Shown here: positions 25,424 through 35,072 of the stretch, one piece after another
Layout of the letters: each line of letters begins with the position of its first letter
Numbering within the stretch: the stretch's first letter is position 1
From: a virus
Lineage: Duplodnaviria; Heunggongvirae; Uroviricota; Caudoviricetes
Reading direction: 5' to 3' (one strand)
IMG/VR virus record: IMGVR_UViG_3300026224_000019
Span: 1 to 36,209 of that record
DNA: 36,209 bases
Position numbers and translations under genes: made by a program
The notes under the pieces: generated by a model
What the model saw: only the letters and a program-made list of their open reading frames with translations
The model's database searches: none
What the model was told of the DNA's origin: nothing

Positions 25424-26107
25424 ATGGCGCGGGCATCACGCATCCGGCGAAATCTGTTGTTTGATATCGACGTCGAAGAATTGCGGGATATTGCGGCGCA
25501 GGCTGGTGCAACGCAGCACCAGTTCCGTCTGGCCTATTCCCGCGCACTGAAGCGAACGGCATCAAAAATGCGCATGAAGGCGCTTGCGGAACTGAAAACC
25601 GGCCTGGCTCCCCGCAAAATGGACACACTGGACAGGCGGCTTTTTTCCACCCGCATTACCCGGGGTAATGCTATGGATGAAGCCCGTCTCTGGTTTGGCC
25701 TTAATGCGATCAAGATAAAAGATTTGCGCGGACGCATTCGTGGGCAACGTGTCCGGCGTCATGATCTCCGTGATCCGGTAACCGGGCGGTTTATCAAAGA
25801 GAACCGTGTCCGGCGACGTCGCCGCAAAGCCAGCGATCCCGTTTTTGAACCCAACGGTTCGTTTTTATCTCCTGCCGCGTATGAAAACGGGCTGGTGATA
25901 CGTAGTCGCAAAGAGAACCGACGAACAATCATCATCAAAAATCCTGAAACCGGGCGTGTCCGGGAGGCTGAAGCTGGTATTTATGCCAGCACGATGGATT
26001 ATGTTGAAGATGTGGCTTTTGCGGAGTGCCTGGAAATTTTTATGAAAGAGTTCGAATCGGACATCCGGCGACGCGCGAAGTACGGCATTACCGTGGCCCC
26101 CCGATAA
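25424..26107 (+). CDS. Hypothetical basic protein (227 aa), possible neck/virion morphogenesis protein
   Basis: AAGGAG RBS; Arg-rich; assigned by position only. Confidence 0.4.
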   Translation: MARASRIRRNLLFDIDVEELRDIAAQAGATQHQFRLAYSRALKRTASKMRMKALAELKTGLAPRKMDTLDRRLFSTRITRGNAMDEARLWFGLNAIKIKDLRGRIRGQRVRRHDLRDPVTGRFIKENRVRRRRRKASDPVFEPNGSFLSPAAYENGLVIRSRKENRRTIIIKNPETGRVREAEAGIYASTMDYVEDVAFAECLEIFMKEFESDIRRRAKYGITVAPR

Positions 26108-26121
26108 AATGTGAGGACGCA

Positions 26122-26691
26122 ATGGCTGAACCCTTATGCATGGCATCCTGGCACGCTGCTGTGCTGGATGCCCTGAAAAAACTTAAATGGATCAATGATG
26201 CGGACACCTATCCGGAACGGGTCACGCAACTGGTCACTCCGGCGGTGTTTCTGGCGGTGGATGGCTGGGATGCGAAAAGCAATGCAGACGGGCAGATGAC
26301 GGTGGTGTTGTCTGCCGCGCTGTGGGTACTGGTTGACCGTGCCGGTGAGTCGGATAAAGAAAAAAAAGAAGAACGCAGGGCGATAAAGCCGGATATTTTT
26401 ATCCGTTCGGCGGCCGCCGCGTTGTCGCACTGGCTCGACGGGCAGACGTTCGGACTGGCAAATGTGGAGCCTGCCATTTTTATATCAGCGGACGCAGATG
26501 AAACCGATCCGCGTCTGGATGATTATCTGGTCTGGCAGATTTCATTTAACCAGACGGTGACGTTTGGTATGGATCCCTTTGCCACGGATAACCTGCCGTT
26601 ACAGCGGGCCTGGCTGGGCGTGGCACCGGAGATCGGGCGACAGCATGTGGATGATTATCGGCTGATTTTTGAGGGAAAGCCACGTGAATGA
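26122..26691 (+). CDS. Hypothetical tail completion / virion morphogenesis protein (189 aa)
   Basis: GAGGA RBS; lies immediately upstream of gpV, where P2-like phages carry tail completion genes. Confidence 0.4.
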   Translation: MAEPLCMASWHAAVLDALKKLKWINDADTYPERVTQLVTPAVFLAVDGWDAKSNADGQMTVVLSAALWVLVDRAGESDKEKKEERRAIKPDIFIRSAAAALSHWLDGQTFGLANVEPAIFISADADETDPRLDDYLVWQISFNQTVTFGMDPFATDNLPLQRAWLGVAPEIGRQHVDDYRLIFEGKPRE

Positions 26692-27304
26692 GGTTCTGGG
26701 GGATTTACAGCGTCGCCTGGCAAATATGGTCCGGCGTGGGGTGATCCACTCGGTGCGGCTGGACGGTGGTTTTCCGGAATGCCGCGTGGATCTGGGGGAT
26801 ATTGTGACCACCTGGCTGCCATTGTGTCAGGGTTTTGCCGGGAAAAACCGGGCAGATTTTGAGCCGTTTGCTGTGGGCGATGCGGTCACGGTACTGTCAG
26901 AGGCCGGGGAGCTGAATAACGGTCGTGTTTTTCCCGGCTGGAATACCGGTGAGGCACCGGCTCCGCAGGGCAGCGACAGTGAGCACATCACCCGTTACGG
27001 AGATGGCACGGAAATTTGCTATAACCGGGAGACGCACTCACTGACCATTATTCTGGCGGAAGGGGGCACCTATGCCATTACCGGGAATGGTGTGCTGGAC
27101 GGAAACGTCATGATCTCAGAAGACCTGATCGTGAACGGACGCACGATGGTTGAAGGTGAAGTGGTGGTGAAAAGTGATTTTTATGCAAAAGGCGAGGTGA
27201 CGGATAAATCCGGCAGCATGAGCCGGATCCGGGAAACGTTTAATGGACACGACCATCCCGGAGACAGTGGGGGAACCACGAAAGTACCGAATCAGAAAAT
27301 GTGA
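26684..27304 (+). CDS. Baseplate assembly protein V (P2 gpV-like spike)
   Basis: RRLANMVRRGVI..., VFPGWNTG, HDHPGDSGGTT match P2 gpV (IRTGIIVE..., HKHPGDSGGTT). Start could be GTG 26684 or TTG 26669. Confidence 0.75.
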   Translation: MNEVLGDLQRRLANMVRRGVIHSVRLDGGFPECRVDLGDIVTTWLPLCQGFAGKNRADFEPFAVGDAVTVLSEAGELNNGRVFPGWNTGEAPAPQGSDSEHITRYGDGTEICYNRETHSLTIILAEGGTYAITGNGVLDGNVMISEDLIVNGRTMVEGEVVVKSDFYAKGEVTDKSGSMSRIRETFNGHDHPGDSGGTTKVPNQKM

Positions 27305-27325
27305 CCTGCTGCGGCAGGTTTTTTT
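27305..27325 (+). terminator. Hairpin plus T-run between gpV and the sheath gene
   Basis: CCTGC-TGCG-GCAGG followed by TTTTTTT. Confidence 0.5.
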
Positions 27326-27342
27326 ATGTCCGGAGAATGCAA

Positions 27343-28803
27343 ATGGGGCAATTACATGGTGTGGAAACCATCGAGCTGACAGCAGGCACGGTGGCAGTAA
27401 CCACAATAGAGACAGCCATTATTGGTGTGGTGGGAACCGCGCCGCAGGCTGCCGGAGCTGTGGCAGCGACACTGACAGCGGGAACGCCGCTGCTGGATAA
27501 CGAGCTGACCTTTACGGCAAAAGCGGGGGGACGGAGCGGAAATACCATTACCGTTATTGCTGAACAGGCTGTCAAAGAAAAAAGTGCGGGTGCGGTTCCC
27601 ACGTCAGCAAAATGGGAAAACGGAAGCCTGTTGATTTGGCTTGGATGCAGTGAAGAGGGGGCAGGCAATGCCACCGTCAGTGATGTTGTGACGGCGGTGA
27701 ATGGTGTGGCGGGGGCCGGGGTGAGTGCCACCGGCAGCGGTGACGGTATTGTGTCGCCGTTTTCCGGCACACTGAGTGGCGGTGAAGATGAACCGTTTCC
27801 GCTGAACACGCCAGTGGCGATGGCGGGAACAACGGCGCTTTCACGTCTGGGGATCACCGGAACACTGAAGCAGGCGCTGACGGAGATTAACGACCAGCGT
27901 AACGCGCTGTCGGTGATCGTCCGGGTGGAAGAAAAAACGAAGCCGGAAGAGCAGCGTGCTGCCATTCTTGCGGGGATCAGCATGCTGTCATCGGCAAAAT
28001 CCGTCACCACGTATCAGCCACGTATTGTGATTGCACCAGGATTCAGTGAAGACGATGCGGTGGGTAAGGCACTGGAAACGGTGGCCGGAAAACTGCGTGC
28101 AGTGGCGTACGTGGATTGTGCTGCGGGCGCGACACTGCAGGATGTGGTGCAGCGTCGCCAGTCTTACGGTGCCAGGACTGAATTACTGCGCCCGCGTGTG
28201 CAGGTCAGTAATGCAGAGGGGCAACTGGTGTATCGCCCGTATTCGGCCTTTGCTGCCGGACTGCGTGCCCGTATTGACTATGAAAAAGGGTGGTGGTGGA
28301 GCAAATCAAACCAGGAGGTTTACAACATCCTCGGTGTTGAGCAGGTGGATGAATTTATCCTCGGTGAGCGTAACTGCGATGCCAACCTGCTTAATATGCA
28401 GAATGTCTCCACCCTGATCCGCCGCGCCGGATTTAAACACTGGGGAAACCGGCTGTGCTCGTCCCATCCTCAGTGGCATTTCGAGTCCGTCCGCCGTACT
28501 GCGGATGTGATTGAAGACAGTATCCAGGAGGCGATGCTGGCGTATGTTGACCGCCCGCTCGATCGCCAGAATGCGGACGACATTATTGGCACCATTAATG
28601 CGTATATGCGCCGTCTGGTGGCAGAAGGTGCCATCTTCGGGGGGCGGGCATGGCTGGATCCGGAACTGAATACCGCCGAAACGCTGGCAGCCGGTGAACT
28701 GTACATCAACTATGACTTCGGTCCCAAATCGCCGACTGAACTTATCAGCATGCGGGTGAGCGTCAACAACGAATACGGCATTAAGGAGATGACGGCAACA
28801 TGA
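27343..28803 (+). CDS. Contractile tail sheath protein (P2 FI-like)
   Basis: N-terminus MGQLHGVETIEL...TAIIGVVGTA parallels P2 FI (HHGVQVLEI...TAIVGMVCTA); C-terminal GFKHWGNR motif. ATG chosen by RBS spacing. Confidence 0.85.
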   Translation: MGQLHGVETIELTAGTVAVTTIETAIIGVVGTAPQAAGAVAATLTAGTPLLDNELTFTAKAGGRSGNTITVIAEQAVKEKSAGAVPTSAKWENGSLLIWLGCSEEGAGNATVSDVVTAVNGVAGAGVSATGSGDGIVSPFSGTLSGGEDEPFPLNTPVAMAGTTALSRLGITGTLKQALTEINDQRNALSVIVRVEEKTKPEEQRAAILAGISMLSSAKSVTTYQPRIVIAPGFSEDDAVGKALETVAGKLRAVAYVDCAAGATLQDVVQRRQSYGARTELLRPRVQVSNAEGQLVYRPYSAFAAGLRARIDYEKGWWWSKSNQEVYNILGVEQVDEFILGERNCDANLLNMQNVSTLIRRAGFKHWGNRLCSSHPQWHFESVRRTADVIEDSIQEAMLAYVDRPLDRQNADDIIGTINAYMRRLVAEGAIFGGRAWLDPELNTAETLAAGELYINYDFGPKSPTELISMRVSVNNEYGIKEMTAT

Positions 28804-29306
28804 GCAGTAAAAACACATTACGGGCCTGGACTTTTTTCCGCCAGGGGATCCGTATTCAGGGAGCGCATGAGTTCACGCCCCCCACGCTGTCCATAACCAC
28901 CACTGATTTACGCACCGGGGCACAGGATGCCCCCACGCCGGTTGACGACGGCATGGAGGCGCTGACCTGCCAGATTAAATTCTATGGTCTGGATACAGAC
29001 ATGCTGTCCAGTCTCGGATTTGTCAGTGGCAACCGCTCCCGCTTCACGGCCTATCAGGGCTATCTGGCAAACGGCACCGCGCTGGGGACCACCGAAGAAA
29101 TCGAAGGTTTTGTGAAAACGGTGACGCCGGATGCACGTGGAAACAGCAGCCTGTCAGAAAATGCGGTGACAGTGGAAATCGCGGTGAATTATTACCGTCA
29201 GACGCTGGAGGGGATCGAACTCATTATGATTGATACCGAGCGTTTTGAGCGTCGGATCAACGGCGTGAATGTTCTCGCCGGCCTGTCGGCAAAAGTGCGT
29301 CTCTGA
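28800..29306 (+). CDS. Tail tube protein (P2 FII-like)
   Basis: Follows the sheath with overlapping start (ATGA); size 168 aa. Confidence 0.8.
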   Translation: MSSKNTLRAWTFFRQGIRIQGAHEFTPPTLSITTTDLRTGAQDAPTPVDDGMEALTCQIKFYGLDTDMLSSLGFVSGNRSRFTAYQGYLANGTALGTTEEIEGFVKTVTPDARGNSSLSENAVTVEIAVNYYRQTLEGIELIMIDTERFERRINGVNVLAGLSAKVRL

Positions 29307-29324
29307 GCACTGATTAACGCATAA

Positions 29325-29346
29325 CGGCCTGCGGGCCGTTTTTTTT
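29325..29346 (+). terminator. Intrinsic terminator after the tail tube gene
   Basis: CGGCC-TGCG-GGCCG followed by TTTTTTTT, then AAGGAG RBS of the next gene. Confidence 0.6.
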
Positions 29347-29358
29347 AAGGAGCAGATT

Positions 29359-29658
29359 ATGAATATTCCGGGTGAAACCCGCACCATCACACTGTACACG
29401 CCGGTCACTCTGGGGGGCGGTGCTGTGCTGGAACGTATCACCATGCGCGAACCGCTGGTGCGCGATCGCATTGCCTTCACCAAAGACCGGGGAACAGAGG
29501 AGGAAAAAGAGGCGCGTATGATTGCGCAGCTTTGTAATCTGAGTGAGCAGGATATCTGGCTGCTGACCGCAGCGGATTATGCCCAGCTGACGGATGCCTT
29601 TAATGTTTTTATGCTGCCACCCGGGAAGCGACCGAAACCGAAATCTTCAGAGGGTTAA
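29359..29658 (+). CDS. Tail assembly chaperone (P2 gpE-like, 99 aa)
   Basis: Position between tube and tape measure; AAGGAG RBS. Confidence 0.7.
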   Translation: MNIPGETRTITLYTPVTLGGGAVLERITMREPLVRDRIAFTKDRGTEEEKEARMIAQLCNLSEQDIWLLTAADYAQLTDAFNVFMLPPGKRPKPKSSEG

Positions 29659-29786
29659 GGTTTCTCGGGCGGCGGCTGCATTTTCCTCTTTCCGATTATC
29701 TGTCCATGCCGTTCAGTGTGTTTACGGCATTTTTACTGGATGAAGTGGAGGCAGTAAAACGTGGGAAGCGTAAGCCAGAATCTTAA
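29604..29786 (+). other. Candidate E-prime extension frame (-1 relative to the chaperone), reachable by programmed frameshift
   Basis: The -1 frame is open from 29604 to a TAA at 29784-29786 and overlaps the tape measure start, as for P2 E+E'. No canonical X XXY YYZ heptamer was found; GTTTTTA at 29605-29611 is the best candidate. Confidence 0.35.
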
Positions 29787-31419
29787 GGCCACCGTGTCGT
29801 TCGGGGGCAAACTGGACAGTTCGTGGCGTCGTTCGGCGACGGATCTGCGAAAAAATCTGCAGGATGTGGAGCAGCAGGCTGCGCGTTTGCGTAAAGAGCA
29901 GGCAGAGCTGGCGGCAGAAATGAAACGGGCGGCGCTGGCAGGGAAACGTTTTAAGTCGATGGAGGATGAATACGCCCGGCTCACGGCTGAAATTAAGAAA
30001 GCGGATGCGGCCCAGAAAAAACTGAACCGGAGCCTTGAGCGTCGCGATCGGCTCGGACGTTTTATGGGGAAGGGAAAAAGCCTGCTTGCCGGAACCGGTA
30101 AATTTGCCTGGAATGCCGGTCTGGCGATGGGGGGCGGTGCCGTGACCACGGCACTTGGTGCGCTGATTGCTCCGGCTGCCATGAATGCGCAGACGGCTGA
30201 AACAGCGGGTAAAGCGACTGCGTATGGCGTGGATACCCGCACGTACATGAACTGGGACGCCCTGGCAAAACAGTACGATATGACCGGCGATAATATCGGG
30301 GATCTGTTTGAGGAATACCTGCATAAGGCCGGGGAATATAAACAAAATGGCAAGCAGAGTTCGCTTTCTGACGCCTTTGAAACGCTGGGATTTGAGGAAG
30401 GCGATCTTGCCGGACTGAGTGATAAGGAACAGTTCGAAAAAATTATCGACAGGGCGCTGTCACTGAAGGATGAATCAAAGGCATCGTTTGCGCTGGATGC
30501 ATTGTTTGGTGGTGAAGCCAGTAAACTGCTGATGCTGATCAAACGTTCTGGAAAAAGTTTTCAGGAACTGCTGGCTGAGCAGGATAAATATAACCTGGTG
30601 ACAAAAGAGGGTGTGGCTGGCGCACTCGCCGGAAACAAGGCTGTTTCTGATTTGCAGCAGGTTTTTTCTTCTGCGGTTGCAGAAATTTCCGGACAACTGG
30701 GCGCAGAGCTGGCCCCCGCCATACAAGAGACAGCGGGTGACCTGGCAGAGTGGTTTAAAGGCGGAGGCATTAAAAAGGTTGTGTCTTTTCTGAGGGACAC
30801 GCTGTATCCGGCGGCCCTGAAGTTCGGCGAAGGCGTCATTTTTGTCGGAAAAATTATTTTTGCAGTAGCCAAAAAACTCGCCTGGTTATTACCGGATGAA
30901 CAGGGCGATCAGAAGCAGATTCTGGAGTATGTCGGGCGTGGTGACATGACCGCTGCCCGGACAGTGGCCCGGAACAGCGGGCAGGATGCCTGGCTTGATG
31001 AGCAACTGAAAAATAATCCGGATTTTGAAAAGAATGTCCGTGAAAAATATAACGCCGCGAAGGGCTTTATGGGCATTGTGGATACGGATGCGTTTCATGA
31101 ATCGGTGAACAGTTACCTCACGCCGGAAAAAACGTTCGATTTTTCGTTGCCGGCAGCGCAGGCAGGATCTGCCGGAAAACAGGATGATCCTTTTGCCAGT
31201 GCGGGAGCATGGCAGGCTGCCGTGCAGGCCATTCCTGTTGAGGGCGGACAGTCCGGCGCACAGCTGAATGACAACAGCGTGAAGAATTATAACTTCAACA
31301 TTGTTGCGCAGCCCGGACAGAGCGAACAGGGTATTGCGGACGCCATTGCCGGTATGACGAAAAACAACCCGGCCTTCAGTGGTAATAATGCGTTGTGGGA
31401 TGGAGGAAGTGTCTGGTGA
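29761..31419 (+). CDS. Tail tape measure protein (552 aa)
   Basis: Long Ala/Gly-rich, coiled-coil-rich ORF after the chaperone; GTG start with GTGGAGG RBS. Confidence 0.8.
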   Translation: MGSVSQNLKATVSFGGKLDSSWRRSATDLRKNLQDVEQQAARLRKEQAELAAEMKRAALAGKRFKSMEDEYARLTAEIKKADAAQKKLNRSLERRDRLGRFMGKGKSLLAGTGKFAWNAGLAMGGGAVTTALGALIAPAAMNAQTAETAGKATAYGVDTRTYMNWDALAKQYDMTGDNIGDLFEEYLHKAGEYKQNGKQSSLSDAFETLGFEEGDLAGLSDKEQFEKIIDRALSLKDESKASFALDALFGGEASKLLMLIKRSGKSFQELLAEQDKYNLVTKEGVAGALAGNKAVSDLQQVFSSAVAEISGQLGAELAPAIQETAGDLAEWFKGGGIKKVVSFLRDTLYPAALKFGEGVIFVGKIIFAVAKKLAWLLPDEQGDQKQILEYVGRGDMTAARTVARNSGQDAWLDEQLKNNPDFEKNVREKYNAAKGFMGIVDTDAFHESVNSYLTPEKTFDFSLPAAQAGSAGKQDDPFASAGAWQAAVQAIPVEGGQSGAQLNDNSVKNYNFNIVAQPGQSEQGIADAIAGMTKNNPAFSGNNALWDGGSVW

Positions 31420-31895
31420 GTGTGGGTTCGGTTATTGCTCTCGCTGAAGACAGCCTTCAGCGTGACAACAGTTATCTCCGTGGTGCTGCAGATGCCAGAG
31501 TCATGCTGATGCTGGGGGATTTCGCCTTTTCCGTGGATACCACGGCATATAACCAGCTGACCCGTGAGGCGGGGTGGACCTGGAGCGAGCAGGCGCGCAT
31601 CGGTCAGCAGAGTCTGCTGCAGTACACCGGGAAGAACGGGCGAACCGTTCGCCTTGAAGGGGAATCGCACGCCTTTTTGGGGAAGTCGGGGACGGAGGCG
31701 GTGAACACGCTGTATGACCTAGCGAATAAGGCTGAGCCGCAACTGCTGGTCAGCGGAGAAGGTGATGTGCTGGGATGGTGGGTGGTGGAGCGTTTTTCTG
31801 ATTCCACCGACCGTTTTTTGCCTGGCGGTGGGCACCGTAACAAAAAGTGGAGTCTGGAGCTGAAACATTATGCCGACGATCTGGATAACCCGTGA
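31416..31895 (+). CDS. Tail protein U (P2 gpU-like)
   Basis: MLMLGDFAFSVDTTAYNQLTREAGWTW parallels P2 gpU (MMVLGLFVFMLQTVPYQELQYQRSWRH). GTG start overlaps the tape measure stop (GTGA); an in-frame ATG at 31503 is an alternative. Confidence 0.6.
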   Translation: MSVGSVIALAEDSLQRDNSYLRGAADARVMLMLGDFAFSVDTTAYNQLTREAGWTWSEQARIGQQSLLQYTGKNGRTVRLEGESHAFLGKSGTEAVNTLYDLANKAEPQLLVSGEGDVLGWWVVERFSDSTDRFLPGGGHRNKKWSLELKHYADDLDNP

Positions 31896-32085
31896 CGGGG
31901 ATGTGCTTGATGCGATTTGCGCCACGCATTACGGCACGGAAAATCTGTCTGCCGTGCTCACTCTTGTGCTGGAGGCCAATCAGGGGCTGGCAGAGAAAGG
32001 CGCGGTTTATCCGGCGGGGATCCGCATTGCGTTGCCTGAAATCACACAACAGGTGTCTGAGTCGCCATACAGCCTGTGGGATTAA
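31870..32085 (+). CDS. Tail protein X (P2 gpX-like, 71 aa)
   Basis: TRDGDVLDAICATHYG...VLEANQGLAEKGAVYPAGIRIALPE...LW parallels P2 gpX. Confidence 0.7.
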   Translation: MPTIWITRDGDVLDAICATHYGTENLSAVLTLVLEANQGLAEKGAVYPAGIRIALPEITQQVSESPYSLWD

Positions 32086-32096
32086 GGGAGGAGATG

Positions 32097-33269
32097 ATGA
32101 CGTCATTATCAGAACAGCTGCAGGCAATAAATGCCGCGTATCAGGCGTCCCTGAAAAATGAGAAAAAACAGGAAACCATCGCCACGACTGTCCGGGAATT
32201 CTGCCCGGCGTATCGGGTGACAGCTGAAGGGCGGGATATCACGCGGGTGCTGGCCCGTTATCTTGTGGATATCACCCTGACGGATTACGGCGGAGCCACC
32301 GCCAGGTCTGATGAACTGAAGATCACGCTGCTTTCTGAAAGACTGCCCCTGCCGACAAAGGGGGCGCGTCTGCGGGTGGCGCTGGGGTTTAACGGTAATC
32401 TGGTGGACAAGGGCTGGTTTGTGGTGTGCGGCGTGAGCAGCAGCGGCCCGCCGCGTCGGATCGAAATTTATGCTACTGCTGCCCCCATGAATGCGGAAAA
32501 GCAGTCCGGCGACGTGCTGAATCAGAAAACACGAAGCTGGGATAATCTCACGCTGGGTGATCTGGTGAAAACTGTTGCCACGGAAAACGGACTGAAGGCC
32601 CGGGTGGCGGAGAAGCTGGCGGGGATCCGCATTACCCATGTGGATCAGGTGGCAGAATCGGATGCCAGCCTGTTGTCCCGCCTTGCCCGGACGTATAACG
32701 CCGTCAGTAAACCTGCCGGAGGTTACTGGTTGTTTCTGGAGCAGGGTGCCGGAACCACCGTATCGGGCGCGCCCCTGAAGACCGTGACGCTGACACCTTC
32801 CGTGGTGTCATCCTGGAATTATCAGGAAGGTGAACGGGGGAGCTCTACCGGAGAAAAGAAGAAAGAAAAAATCACGGTTCGTTATTTTGACAAGGCTGAC
32901 GGGCGAACCAAAACAGCAACCGTGGAGCATGACGGCTCGTCTGTAACCAGTCCGTACACGCAGCCGGAAAAGGAAACGGCTGAACAACAGGCAAAGTCAA
33001 AAAAAACACAGGCGCAACGCAACAGCCGGAAAATGACGCTGACAGGGCCGTGCCGTCCTTCATATGTTGCCATGACCGCCGAATCCGGCGTGGTGACATC
33101 CGGATTTGGTAAGCGGGAAGATCGCCGCTGGCTCGTGGAGTCACTGGCGTTTTCCCTCTCTTCTTCAGGCTTTACCTTCACGTTTAATCTGGTGGCTGAA
33201 ATCAAAAGCAAAAAATCCGGTGATAAAACGCCGCCGGATTATTTTGGTACCGGATCAGGAAAAAAATAA
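32097..33269 (+). CDS. Late control / tail protein D (P2 gpD-like)
   Basis: Position after U and X; about 390 aa; ATG chosen by spacing from GGGAGG. Confidence 0.8.
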   Translation: MTSLSEQLQAINAAYQASLKNEKKQETIATTVREFCPAYRVTAEGRDITRVLARYLVDITLTDYGGATARSDELKITLLSERLPLPTKGARLRVALGFNGNLVDKGWFVVCGVSSSGPPRRIEIYATAAPMNAEKQSGDVLNQKTRSWDNLTLGDLVKTVATENGLKARVAEKLAGIRITHVDQVAESDASLLSRLARTYNAVSKPAGGYWLFLEQGAGTTVSGAPLKTVTLTPSVVSSWNYQEGERGSSTGEKKKEKITVRYFDKADGRTKTATVEHDGSSVTSPYTQPEKETAEQQAKSKKTQAQRNSRKMTLTGPCRPSYVAMTAESGVVTSGFGKREDRRWLVESLAFSLSSSGFTFTFNLVAEIKSKKSGDKTPPDYFGTGSGKK

Positions 33270-33271
33270 TC

Positions 33272-33625
33272 ATGAATGGTGTGAACTGCCGGACGGGGAA
33301 GCGCCTGTCCGGTGCGGCGCATCTGCGCCAGTCAGTCAGCGATATTCTGAACACGCCAGTGGGAAGCCGTGTTCTGGTCAGGGATTACGGCAGCGATCTT
33401 TTTGAATTGCTGGACTCTCCCCGGGATGACCTGCTGAGGCTGCGCATAATTGCTGCCACGGCGACGGCGCTGGCGCGCTGGGAGCCCCGGCTGAAAGTGT
33501 CAAAAGTGATCGTGACGTTTCCGGAAGATGAGGCCGGATGTGTGGTGGATATCACGGGGACGAATACGGAAACCGGTACACAGGTAACAACAGGAGGAAT
33601 AACCGTTTATGGCAGAAAGTTATGA
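33272..33625 (+). CDS. Baseplate assembly protein W (gp25-like, 117 aa)
   Basis: ILNTPVGSRVLVRDYGS matches P2 gpW (ILRTPVGSRVMRRDYGS). Confidence 0.8.
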   Translation: MNGVNCRTGKRLSGAAHLRQSVSDILNTPVGSRVLVRDYGSDLFELLDSPRDDLLRLRIIAATATALARWEPRLKVSKVIVTFPEDEAGCVVDITGTNTETGTQVTTGGITVYGRKL

Positions 33626-34514
33626 TGTGATCAATCTTTCGGATTTGCCCGTACCGGATGCCATTGTGGTGCCTGACGCATCGGTGATTTTCGGGGCCTG
33701 GCTGGCACGTCTGCGCGAACTGGATCCGGAATTTGATGCTCTGGTGGAATCCGACCCGACTTACAAGCAGGGCGAAGTGACCGCCTTTCAGCTCACCCTG
33801 GCTTTTCAGCGGGTGAATGATGCCGTGCGGGCTGTTTTTCTGGCAAGTGCGCAGAAGGCCGATCTCGATCAGATTGGCGCGGCGTTCAATGTCGGACGTA
33901 TGGTGATTGTTCCGGCAAATCCGGATGCCGTGCCTCCGACGGATGCGGTTATGGAAGAGGACGAGGCTTTTCGCGAACGTATTCAGTTGTCCTGGTCGCA
34001 ACTGAATACTGCAGGCGCCCGCAATGCCTATCGTTTTCATGCCCGCTCTGCTGATGAAAATGTGCTGGATGCTGATGCCTATGGTCCGGAAGAGCACGGG
34101 CGTGCGGGGGAGGTGGATGTCTACGTATTGTCCCGTGAAGGAAATGGCACTGCCAGCGAGGCGTTGCTGGATGCGGTCAGTGCGCGGCTGAATGCTGATG
34201 AAATTCGTCCGCTGACGGATTTTGTGACGGTGAAAAGCGCCATTATTAATGACTATACCGTGACGGCTGAACTGGAAATACCGGACGGCCCGGATGCCGG
34301 TGAAGTGCTGGAAAATGCGAAAAGCACGCTGATGTCTTATACCCGGCTGGCAAACCGGATTAATGGCATGGTGCCGCTGTCCGCCATTTACGCAGCACTT
34401 CAACAGACTGGTGTGGCGCGGGTTATTCTGTCCAGTCCCCGGGCTGATATCGAACCGGCAACCGGCACGGCTCCCCGCTGTGCTGCCGTTAATGTGACGC
34501 GCAGAGAGGTATAG
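33609..34514 (+). CDS. Baseplate assembly protein J (P2 gpJ-like, 301 aa)
   Basis: Size and position after W; AGGAGGA RBS; start overlaps the W end. Confidence 0.8.
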   Translation: MAESYDVINLSDLPVPDAIVVPDASVIFGAWLARLRELDPEFDALVESDPTYKQGEVTAFQLTLAFQRVNDAVRAVFLASAQKADLDQIGAAFNVGRMVIVPANPDAVPPTDAVMEEDEAFRERIQLSWSQLNTAGARNAYRFHARSADENVLDADAYGPEEHGRAGEVDVYVLSREGNGTASEALLDAVSARLNADEIRPLTDFVTVKSAIINDYTVTAELEIPDGPDAGEVLENAKSTLMSYTRLANRINGMVPLSAIYAALQQTGVARVILSSPRADIEPATGTAPRCAAVNVTRREV

Positions 34515-35071
34515 TGATGGCGGAGACGTTTCGCTCACTTCTGCCGCCTTCCGCTGTCAGGCCGGAGCGGGCACAGGAGCAGGCCACAACAGAAAGCATC
34601 CTGACACTTGATACGGATATGGTCAGAAAGGTGAAAAATCCGGATACCTGTCCGTTGCATCTGTTGCCGTGGCTGGCCTGGGAGTTTGCTGTGGATTTCT
34701 GGCAGGATGACTGGAGTGAAGAGCAGAAGCGGCAAATTTTACGTGATGCGGCATATGTGCATCAGCACCGGGGAACGGCGGGGGCAGTGCTGCGGGCGCT
34801 CAGTGCGGTTGGTGTTCCGGCTGCAATCAAAGAGTGGTGGCAGGATTCACCGCGCAAAAAACCGTACACCTTTCGTGTGGAGCTGTTTTTGCGGGAAGGT
34901 GCTGACAGTGTGCTTTACAGTCAGGTCAGGGCGCTGGTCATTAAGGCCAAGAATTTACGCAGCGGTCTGAGCACCATTGACGTAAATACGGATATCGGAA
35001 AGGACAGCCAGTTTTATGTTGGTGGCGCGGTGACCGCGCATATTGATGTGGTGATTGAGGCGGGAGAATAA
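34514..35071 (+). CDS. Tail protein I (P2 gpI-like, 185 aa)
   Basis: Follows J and precedes the fibre gene; overlapping start. Confidence 0.75.
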   Translation: MMAETFRSLLPPSAVRPERAQEQATTESILTLDTDMVRKVKNPDTCPLHLLPWLAWEFAVDFWQDDWSEEQKRQILRDAAYVHQHRGTAGAVLRALSAVGVPAAIKEWWQDSPRKKPYTFRVELFLREGADSVLYSQVRALVIKAKNLRSGLSTIDVNTDIGKDSQFYVGGAVTAHIDVVIEAGE

Positions 35072-35072
35072 C

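Noticed and set aside
27324-28010. 228-aa minus-strand ORF inside the tail sheath gene
   Set aside because: Antisense to the sheath gene, which has clear P2 FI similarity.
29733-30542. 269-aa minus-strand ORF inside the tape measure gene
   Set aside because: Antisense to the tape measure gene, low-complexity Ser/Ala-rich translation, no start context.
33552-34538. 328-aa minus-strand ORF across baseplate J
   Set aside because: Antisense to a strongly supported P2 gpJ-like gene; composition typical of a spurious opposite-strand frame.
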